From Hyaloraphidium curvatum SAG 235-1 (Eukaryota > Fungi > Monoblepharomycota), in contig JAIVFI010000043.1 in assembly GCA_025558095.1 (NCBI GenBank), forward strand, positions 379,877 through 443,876: a stretch of DNA of 64,000 bases, given 5' to 3'. The notes under the pieces are model-generated. The model saw nothing but the letters and a program-made list of their open reading frames with translations. It made no database searches and had not been told where the DNA came from. Positions 55,175-64,000 of this stretch are shown here, one piece after another. A program made the translations under genes and the position numbers. The stretch's first letter is position 1, and each line of letters opens with the position of its first letter.

Positions 55175-58100
55175 TCACACGGCCCCGCCAAAGTTGACCG
55201 CATCCGCAAACGCCTCCCCCTCGGCCTCACCCTCCTTCCCGCCGGCAAAGTACGCCACGCACTCGCCCCCCGGGTCAGATATCCGCAGCAGCTTGCCCTC
55301 GTCCTCCCTCCCGATCCCCGGCAGCGCGAACGGCAGGTCCGCGGCATCCACCACCCTTGCCACCCCCCTCGCCTGGTCCCCCGCGCGGTCGAGGTCGAAC
55401 GCCTTGACGAGCTCGTACCGCTCCTGGCCCTCCCCCGGCGCCGTCAACGGGCGGCACCACAGCAGCACGTCGGCAAAGAGGATCAGCTCGTCGTCGCGGC
55501 CGGCCTCGCGGGGGGCCGCGGGGATCACCGTCGTCGGGAGGAGGGGCACGGCTTCCTTGATCCGGGAGCCGAGGGGGCGCACCAGCACCGCGGGGGGAAC
55601 CAGGTTGCTGTCCGAGCGCGGGGGGACGGGGGAAGAGAGCACGTCCTCGGGGGCCTGGGGCAGGCCGACGAAGGCGGCGACGGCGGCGTCGGGGACGTAG
55701 GCCCGCACGACGACCCGCACCGCGCGCCAGGGCGCCGCCTTGAGCAGCTTCCGCCGCGCGGAGAAGATGCGGAGCAGGCCCGCGCCCGTGGTCAAGGTCG
55801 TCAGCGAGGCCTGCGGGCTGCCGGGCGAGCCCGGCGGCGGCGACAGCGCGAGCGACGAGCCGCGCGCGGGGATCCCGCCCGACGGGCGCGCACGGTGTCC
55901 GGGCTGGTACCCAGGCGACGGCGACCCCGGTACCGACGACGCCGGCGACGCGGACCCCGACGTCAAGGGGCTCGCGTCCTCCTCCGGCGCCCGGATCTGC
56001 CGCAGCACACCCTCCACTACCGACGTGACCCCCTCCCACTCGCGCTTGCGCTCGTTGCACTCCCGCACCCGCAGCGCCAGCTCCTCCATCGCCTTCTCCA
56101 GGTCCTCGTTGTCGGGGTGCGACGCGTCCGTGCATTCCCACAGCTTCTCGAGGAGCATCTTGTACCGCGGCAGGCGCTGCACGGGGAGCAGCAGCCACGC
56201 CTGGAGGTTGATCTGCCGGTGGTTGGGGGACTGCCGCGCACGCTCGACGTGCTGCCGGAACCGCTTGACGGTCTTGGGCGCCGGCGTCGGCAGGTTCATT
56301 GGGTCCTTGCGGCCGGCGGGGGGCGGCTTGTCCGAGTCGAGCTTCTCGAGCATGGCCAGGGCCGCGTCGAAGCCGTTGTAGTAGACCGAGTAGAGCTTGA
56401 GGAATGCCGCGTACTGGAGGAAGCAGCGGCCGATCCGGCCGCGGAGCGAAGGCGGCTGCACGTTCGGGGGGTCCACGCGGCCCGAGTAGTCGTCGCAGGC
56501 CCGCGTGAGGTTGGGCAGGATAAAGTCGCTGGCAGATGAGGGCGGCGATGAGCGGGAGCGGGTGCGGCAAGTCGGGATGACCCACCTGTGGAGCCCCAAC
56601 AAGCTCCCGACGTTCTGGAATATCCGCGCGTGCTCCTCCTTGCTCAGGATCCTGTCGTTCCCCGACCCCGGCGGACCCCCCTCGAGCGGCACCACGTACA
56701 GCTCCATGAGGTTCCTCAGGAGCTGCACGTACGTCCTCTCCGTCGACAGGATCTCCCGCACCAGCGCTGCGCGGAACTCGGGCGGCTTGACCTTCTTCAC
56801 CGGTGCGGCAGGTGCCGCAGGCTTGCCCGGCACGGGCGTCGACGACCCCCCGCGACCCAAACCGAGCATGCTCAGCGGCACACCAAACTCGCTCGCCCCG
56901 TCCCCCCCGCCGAACGACGACGAGTCCGCGTCGGAAGCCAGCACGGGGAACGACCCCGTGCGCGTGATCTGCCCCCTCCGCGCGCGCGAGGCCTCCTCCT
57001 TCTCGACCTCGGCAGCGCGCCGCGCGGCGTCGTCGAGGTCGTGGCAGTCCCTGAGGTGCAGCATCAGCCGGCGGAAGGCGCGGTGCCGGGCGCGCAATGC
57101 GGAGGCGCGGCCGGTGGGGGAGGGCGCGCGGGGGACGGGGGAGAGGGTCGACGGGTTGACGAGGGTGCCGGCGGTGTTCGAGGAGCGCGTCGAGAGGCCG
57201 TCCAGCGGGTTCTCGTGGTCCTCGGAGGAGGGGCGGCCGGCGAGCATGGCGATCTCGGCTTCGAGGAGGGAGATGCCGGGGACGGGCTTGTAACCGTGAG
57301 CGGCGCGGAGGGCGCGGGCGGCATCGACGTAGGCCTGGACCGCGTCGCCCGTCCCGGGGCCGAGATCGAGGCCGTCGAGGACGAGCACGCGGATATTGGA
57401 GCGAAGGCCGAGGGAGGGCGGAATGTCGCCAAGGGGATTGCTGGCGAGCGACAGGGAGTTGAGCCGGTGGAGCTTGCGGAAGAGCGTGGGGGCTGTGGGG
57501 CGGGCCGGTGAGACGGTCGCGTAAACGGATACGCCAAAGAAGAACCCACAAAGCGCCTGAATTTGGCAACCCCCGAGATCCAGCAGCTCCAGCCGCCTCA
57601 GCTCCGACAGGTCCGGCAGCCCCTGCAGCGGGTTGCCCCCCAGCCACAGCTCCCGGAGCCCCTCGACCCGGCCGATCTCGGGCGGCAGCACCGAGATGGC
57701 GTTGAACGACAGGTCCAGCACCTCGAGCAGGGGCATCGAGAGGAACATCTGGCGCGAGGGCGGGGTGTCAGCGAACGGCTCGCCTCGGGACCGCAAGTCG
57801 ACGACCCACCTTGCCGTCAACTCCCTCCAGCTCCGCCCCCCTCACGTTCAGCACCGCCACCTGCTCCGCCCACCCCACCCTGTCCCTCCCCAACCACCCT
57901 CCCTTCCACCCGACCGGCGCCCTGAACGCCCCCTGGTCCTCCGCCTCCGCCCCCAGCGCGGCCTCGAGCTCCCCGCTCGTCCGGAGCATCTCCCTGGCCC
58001 CTTTGTCCCGCAGCAACGACATGCTCCCCGACCCCCTCCGGATCCCCGTGGAGCCGGCCGACCGCACGCTCGCGGCGTCATCGTCCATCCCGGCCGACCT

Positions 58101-59927
58101 GGGCACCGCGTACGGGTCGTCGTCCTCCCCGTCGGGCGTGCCGTGCGGCGTCGAGGGGGAGACGGAGAGGCCGGGGGGGGAGATGGCGCGGGTGGTGACG
58201 ATGGGGGGGAGGGGGGAGGGTTGCACGAGGGATTCGAGGTCCTCGGGGGTGGGGGTGCCGGGGGCGGTGGGGTCGGGGAGGTGGTCGAGGGCGGCGATGG
58301 AGAGGGGGGCGATCTCGAGCGGGGGGATGGTGGGCGGGGAGGGGTCGAGGGAGGGGACGGGGGAGGGGGAGGGTGTGGGTGTTGCGGGGGTGGAAGTCGG
58401 TTCGGGTGTCGCAGGCGGGGAAGGGGAGGGGGTGGCAGGTTCGGCGGCGACGGGCTCGAGAGTGGACGGCGGCTCCGCCAGCGCCTCGGCCGAGACGACC
58501 CCCGAGACGACGAGTGCGGGGGGAACGAGTTCGAGCTCGGGTTCGGGCTCGACGGCCGCCGGAGGCGTTGGTTCGGCTGGAGCAGGTGGTTGGGCCGTGA
58601 TCTCCGCCGGCGCCGGTTCCGCACTGTCGTCCGGCGGTACCGAGACCGATGCCGCACTTTCGACGGCTGACACAAGGGGTTCGTTGGGCGGCAAGTGCGC
58701 GGGGGGCGAAGTAGACCTGTCCTGGGGTGCGGGTGCTTTGGGCTGGGCCTGCGCAGGCACGTCCTCGACAAGCCGCTCCTCGACCACCGTCCCCGCGACT
58801 TCGGGGGCCGCAAGGGACTCGACAGGTTCGAGCGCGACAACGGCTGGTTCAGTGCCCGGCAGCCCGGTGGGCGCGAGGGGCGGAGCAGAAGTGTCCTCGG
58901 GTTCGGGCGCGCTGGCCGGGGCGTGCGCCGGCTCCGCGTTCGCGCGCAGCTCCTCGATCGCCGCCTCCTCGAGCCCGACAGCCCCATTTTCGGCTGCAGC
59001 CGGCATAGCCCCGTCCAGCAGGACGTCGCCAACGACCTCCACATCCCCCCCGGGCATGTCCTCGGGGGGCTCCGGGGTCCCGGCCTGCGGCGTCGCGGCG
59101 CCCGACCACACGTGCCCCGACCCGCCGTCGTCGTCGTCCGCATCGGGCACCGCAAGCCGGTCCATCGCAGGCGCCGCGTCCGAGACGGTAGAGAGAGTCG
59201 GTTTGCGCTCCAGCAGCGCGGTCGCTGCGGCCATCACGGCGTCCCACTCGGGGGTCGAGTCGGCAGTGGTCGGCGACGGCGAGCCCGTCCCCTCCGCGGG
59301 GAGTCCCTCCGCAGGCAGCCGAGAGTCTAGCTGCGGGGTGGGATCCGGTTCGGGAGAGGGGGTCGGAGATGGCTCGACCGGGCCGGGAGGGGTGGGCACC
59401 TCTTCCGGGGTCTGCCCAGCTGCCGCATCGGGATCCGCTGCAACTTTGCCCGCCTCTCCCAGCGCCGTCTCAGCAACCCCGTTGGGAGATCCACCGGGAA
59501 TATCAGCCGCGGAGGCGGGAGCCGGGGAGGGGGCCGGGGCCGGGGCGTGCTCGTCCGGCCCCTCCAGCACGGGGTCCTCGGCGGGGGTCGTCAGGGCCGC
59601 CAGCGCCGCCATCGCGCTTTGCGCCGGCGGGGCATCGAGGTCTGCGGGCGCCGCCTCGCCGCTGCGGTCCTCGCCGTCGCTGTCGTTGCTGTCTGCGGGT
59701 GCCGGGGCGGGCGGCGGCCTGACCCGCGGCCCCGCGAGCACCACGCTGCCCGGCCGCCGCGCGCCGCTCAGCGAGCCGCCCGTGCCCGAAAGCGGCGCGG
59801 TGCCCAGCCGGCCGAACCGCGGCGGCGGCGCGTTGGGCACCGCCGCCGCCTCGAACCGCGAGACGAGCGCGCGCACGCCCGACGCACGGCCGGGGGGCGC
59901 CAGAGGGTCCTCCGCGGGCGCTGGCAT
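55175..59927 (-). CDS. LRR + RhoGEF (DH-PH) protein with long Pro/Glu/Ala-rich disordered N-terminus
   Basis: LDLSFNAISVLPPEIG LRRs; RAALVREILSTERTYV, IFQNV, LLLPVQRLPRYKMLL, RVRECNE (DH); ELILFADVLLWC (PH); at least 3 introns. Confidence 0.9.
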
Positions 59928-60088
59928 CGCGATGCGGGCGGCCCGAAGGCGGATCGCCGGGCGCGACCCGTCTGCGGTGCCCGGGGTGGCAGGTTGAGCC
60001 GCCTTAGCTCTTTTCTCTATTCGAGGCGCATGCGCACGCCTCGACATCCCCGCGTACCAACCCAGCGAGTTGTCCGCCCGAGCCCGCC

Positions 60089-61390
60089 TCACGCCTCGAC
60101 CATCATCTTGCCCAAGTTGGCCCCCTCGTACAGCCGGATCAGCGTGCGCGGCAGGTTCTCGAACCCCTTGACGACCGTGAACTCGGCCTTGATCTTGCCC
60201 TCCTTGAGCAGCCGCGTGAGCAGCGCGATGCCGTCGGGGAAGGTGTCGGCGAAATCGAAGCTGGGAACGCGGGGCGGTCAGAGGAGTGTTCGGGGGACGA
60301 CGATGCCGCCCGAGACCCACTAGATGAAGCCCTCGAACCGGATGCGGTGCGTGACGATCGGGAACAGGTTGTACGGGAACTTGTGGTCCGTCTCGTTGTT
60401 GTTGTACTGCGAGATCTGTGGATCCACGGATGTACGTCAGCTTCAGAAAAGAAAGCAGAGGCCCCGGCGGTCGTCCCACCTGCCCGCAGCCGATCACGAC
60501 CGAGTGCATCGCGCACCGCTGCAAAACCTCGTCCAAAATCCAGCCGCCGGTATTATCAAAGTACTGTTGAATGCGCCCAGGGGTGACCGCCTCGAGCTGA
60601 TTCTTGAAGTGCTCGCGGCCCAGCTTGTAGTCGATAACCACGTCGGCCCCCAGGACCTCCTTGACCCATTTGCACTTGTCGGGCCCGCCGGCGACGGCGA
60701 CGACCTTGAATCCGGCGTACTTGTACAGCTGTACGGCGACGGAGCCCGTCGCACCCGCGGCGCCCGAGACCACGGCGGTCTGCCCCTTGCCGACCTCCGG
60801 CGCCTTGCTGAAGTCGACCCTGCCCACGCACCGGATCCCGGTGTACTGCTCCCCCACACGTCAGCCCGCAGCTCCCCATGATTCCGAAACGCGCACGGAG
60901 CCCACCGCAGTCAGCCCCGTCCCCCCCAGCGTCGCCATCGCCACCCTCGGATCCACCCCGTCCGCCAGCTTGCTCGCCAGCTGCTCCTTCCTGACGACCG
61001 ACCTGGTCCGCCACCCGGGCTGCAGCCCGGCGCGGTACCGCTCGCCCTCCTTGATCCCCTCGGCGCGCGACGCGAGCACGCGGACGAGGGTGCCGCCCGT
61101 CATGGGCGAGCTAAGGGGCACCGGCGGGACGTAGTTGGAGCCGTCCTTGTTTCCCTCTGCCCGTCGGGTGCGGGGTCATCACAAGCCCCGAGCCAACGCA
61201 GCAGGAACACGCCTTCGAGCCACGTGCGCATCGCCGGGTCCACGGAAAAGATCTCGGCCTCCACGAGCACGTCGCCCTCGCCGAGCTCGGGGAGCGGCAC
61301 CCCGCGCTTGAGCTCGAACGTGGCGTCGGTGATGTTGCCGTTGGGGCGCTGGGCGAAGATCCACTGGTCGGCGGTGGTGGGGGAGGCCAT
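60089..61390 (-). CDS. NADP-dependent alkenal/prostaglandin reductase (PTGR1/CurA-type MDR), second copy
   Basis: FSVDPAMRTW, LGGTGLTA, VSGAAGATGS, AGGPDKC, YFDNTGG, LYEGANLGKMMVEA. Confidence 0.9.
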
Positions 61391-61827
61391 GGCTGCGTGT
61401 GCGGTTGGGGGGACGCGTCGCGGGGGAGACAGTCGGATCAGATCCAAAACAACTAGTCGGATCGGGCCGGCAGGGAAAGCCCTTGGATCCTGGCGGAAGG
61501 CTCCTCGGGCCACGGATGACCGCGACGGGCCCTGACGAACCGGAATCACAGCACGAAGAGCTTTCTTTTGTGATGGATATGAGGCTATCTAGCTACCGAA
61601 CCCCGCGATGATCGCTGTATGGGGACTCGTCGAAGTGGAGGCGGCACCGGCCAAGGAAGTGCTGGGGATACGGATCAACACAATCAAGCATCGAAGACGC
61701 GTTCGATTCGCTCGTGATCATCTTCCTAAAATCGGATTGCGCCGATCCCGAGGTAGTGGCCATCGCGCCTTCTTGGCGGGCCAGCGGACAACCAGCCTCG
61801 CCGCGTGCCCGCGCCGCGCTCGCACCG

Positions 61828-62658
61828 ATGCGGGACGCGACACTTCCATGGAAGATTGCGGTTGTGGCACTCGTGCTTGTGGTCGGGATTCGTGGGCTCC
61901 CGGCGGGACCGACGACCGCGCCTCCCGAGCACGTACGCGGTCCGGCCCCCCCTCGACCGCGACGCGGAGGCCCCGGCTGCGCGTCGCCGCCGCGGTTTCT
62001 CGACGCCGTGCTGAAGGCGGACGCGATCCTGAACGAGCAGCAGCGCATCTGGATCGCGGCAACGATCAACGCCGCCGCGACGCATCCAGCGCCGCTGAAC
62101 GTGCTCATCTTTGGATGCGGGAAGGATTCGGGAGCTTGGTGGGAGGCCATGTGTTCGGCATCGGTCGGCTCCGAGCTGCTGTTCCTCGAGACGGACCGGG
62201 CGTGGATCAACAGGACCGCGGACGCGTTCCCGCAGCTCGCCGGCGCGGTACTTCATTTCGACGGCTACAGCTCGACTCTGGCCACCAAGGCCGCGTTTTT
62301 TGCGGCGCCGGACGCGTCTCAGCTCAACGCCAAGCTCCCTGAGGCGGTGACGTCGCGCTGCTGGGACGTCGTGCTGATCGACGCGCCGCCCGGGATATGG
62401 GGCCACGACTTTGGCCGGCACGAGGCCGCGCACTGGACCGCGGAGCACGTGTTGTCGTGTTTTGCACGCGGCGATGGTGAGCGGGACCCCGTGGTCTTTA
62501 TCCACGACCTGCAGCGAGGGAGTGAGAGGGACGCCTTCGAGCAGCTCATCTTGGCAAGGGGCGCGGAGAAGCTGGGCGAGTTGCCGGGACCAGGAGGTCT
62601 GCTTGGTGGCGCTGTGTTCCGGCGTCCACACAGTGCCGACGTTCGCAATGATAGGTGA
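61828..62658 (+). CDS. DUF579 (GXM/IRX15-like) polysaccharide O-methyltransferase, type II membrane, intronless
   Basis: TM and Pro stem; NVLIFGCGKDS..W, LFLETDRAWI, WDVVLIDAPPG, GR, VFIHDLQR..E align with plant GXM motifs. Confidence 0.8.
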   Translation: MRDATLPWKIAVVALVLVVGIRGLPAGPTTAPPEHVRGPAPPRPRRGGPGCASPPRFLDAVLKADAILNEQQRIWIAATINAAATHPAPLNVLIFGCGKDSGAWWEAMCSASVGSELLFLETDRAWINRTADAFPQLAGAVLHFDGYSSTLATKAAFFAAPDASQLNAKLPEAVTSRCWDVVLIDAPPGIWGHDFGRHEAAHWTAEHVLSCFARGDGERDPVVFIHDLQRGSERDAFEQLILARGAEKLGELPGPGGLLGGAVFRRPHSADVRNDR

Positions 62659-63831
62659 ACTAGGCCATGCAAGTCCGGAGATTTGTGACTGGTCCCTATG
62701 GCGGGTGCGTCCAGGATTATGCATAATCCCTAGTCCTCAAACGTCCTCAACAGTCCCCGACGTCCTCAATCGCTCCCACACACGCAATTCCCCCCGAAAC
62801 CCCAGGAAAATTCCGGATCGGCGCCGGATGGAGCTCTGAGCAGCGATTCCCGGTGGTATCTCAACTACCCCCGGATGAACCCTCGGCGGCGCGGGGCCCG
62901 GGAGAACCGGGCGACCCGGCCGGCGACCCGCTGGCCTGTGCGAGCACCAAACCACGCACCCCGAATTCCCCTCTCCTGCCTCCGCGCAGCTCACCAGCTT
63001 GCCGCGTCATGTGCTGCTCGCTACTGGGGGCGGCGGAATGTCGGCGGACGATTGGGGAAGCAGCACCTGCCGGGCGACCAGGTCGGATGGCATGGCGGCC
63101 GCGCTTCCCGTTCCGGCCAGAGATCCGTCTTCCGGCGCGTCCCTCTACCTGGGCCGACTGCGGCGCGTGTCTCCTGGTGCTTGCCGGGTCGGGGACGCGG
63201 TTTTGTGCGTGGGAGCTCGCCACGGGCCACCACCTTTGCCGCGGGGGGGGTCCGCCTGCTTTGACACCAGCTGCGCGGCGGCACTACCACTGCTCCGCCG
63301 CGCATATTGCATTAGGTAATGGACGTCGAAGGAGCGCCGACTGGGTTTGTGTGTGGGAAGCAGACTCGCCGCGGACAAGTACTGGCAGCGGGAGGTGGGG
63401 TGCCGCTTGAAACAGTGCGGCAAGCCGTGACTGCGCCGCAGCTAATTGAGATAGAGTCTGCCTTTCGATTCCCTTGTTTGCGGGGCACCTTAACGGCCTC
63501 CAGCTTCACCGGGGTGATGACCCTCCACCGGCCGCCGGGGCGCCAAGACACGCTTGAGGTGCCGAGGTCGACGGACACGAGTCCACGCCATCTAGGTTCA
63601 TTCAATTGTCGTTGTTGACCATCGAACGACCCAGGGGACGGCGGACCACGGCCTGGAAGGTCCCACCACCTCCCGCTCCTGGGGCTGCCTCACTCCGACA
63701 CCGAGGTCAAGCGCGAGGTAGACGGCGGCGACAGATCCCGCTACCAGCTTCCCTTCATTCGCTGGTCAATGTTGGTCGAGAAATCGGCCAGGCGCGGCCC
63801 GTACCCGGCCGCCGACTTCCCCCCGGCCGTC

Positions 63832-64000
63832 TTAGGTTAGGTTAGGTTAGGGTTAGGTTAGGTTAGGTTAGGTTAGGTTAGGTTAGGTTAGGTTAGGTTA
63901 GGTTAGGTTAGGTTAGGTTAGGTTAGGTTAGGTTAGGTTAGGTTAGGTTAGGTTAGGTTAGGTTAGGTTAGGTTAGGTTGGTTAGGTTAGGTTAGGTTAG
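63832..64000 (+). repeat. Telomeric repeat array (TTAGG)n
   Basis: About 33 tandem TTAGG units running to the sequence end, G-rich strand oriented outward; one TTAGGG (63847-63852) and one TTGG (63978-63981) variant. Confidence 0.95.

Noticed and set aside
57811-59997. 728-aa Ser/Gly-rich + strand ORF
   Set aside because: Antisense mirror of the Pro/Glu-rich RhoGEF N-terminus
57768-60857. 1029-aa ORF appearing to fuse an oxidoreductase to a Pro-rich protein
   Set aside because: Chance read-through: the reductase splices into another frame and stops at 60089, and the RhoGEF gene starts at 59927
62853-63845. Short ORFs next to the telomere
   Set aside because: No recognisable domains; cannot be supported as genes
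1-64000. Bacterial origin or contamination suggested by high GC and bacterial-like genes
   Set aside because: Spliceosomal introns, CWF19L2, SYG1, RhoGEF and a telomere show eukaryotic DNA throughout
63832-64000. Arthropod source implied by TTAGG
   Set aside because: Gene density, tiny introns, CBM18 and IDO-gamma-like content do not fit an arthropod genome
1-64000. CRISPR arrays, tRNA/rRNA genes, transposons
   Set aside because: No spaced direct repeats, structural RNA signatures, transposase/RT motifs or terminal repeats recognised by eye; a covariance-model search was not possible

Overview
GC-rich, gene-dense eukaryotic DNA with short (about 50-90 nt) GT-AG and occasional GC-AG introns carrying CTGAC-type branch points. 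The window ends in a (TTAGG)n telomere, so it is the terminal 64 kb of a chromosome arm. Gene content (CBM18 repeats, SYG1, IDO-gamma-like, TKL receptor kinase) and intron style suggest an early-diverging zoosporic fungus, possibly a Hyaloraphidium-like monoblepharid; this is inference only. About 35 genes or gene remnants are visible: a few housekeeping genes, several intronless bacterial-looking enzymes, many secreted proteins and locally duplicated families (4 atypical kinases, 2 seven-TM proteins, 2 orphan proteins, 2 PTGR-type reductases). Best leads: (1) an unrecognised ~185-200 aa Cys-containing domain found twice, each time linked by a Pro/Thr linker to a different carbohydrate-binding module (candidate new CAZyme); (2) two 7-TM proteins with the topology and C-terminal signature of insect gustatory/odorant receptors and plant DUF3537; (3) a non-RD receptor kinase with an RCC1/BLIP-II ectodomain; (4) a pentameric TTAGG telomere in an apparent fungus; (5) a plant-type DUF579 polysaccharide methyltransferase. 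All family assignments come from motif recognition by eye, and exon boundaries are manual estimates.
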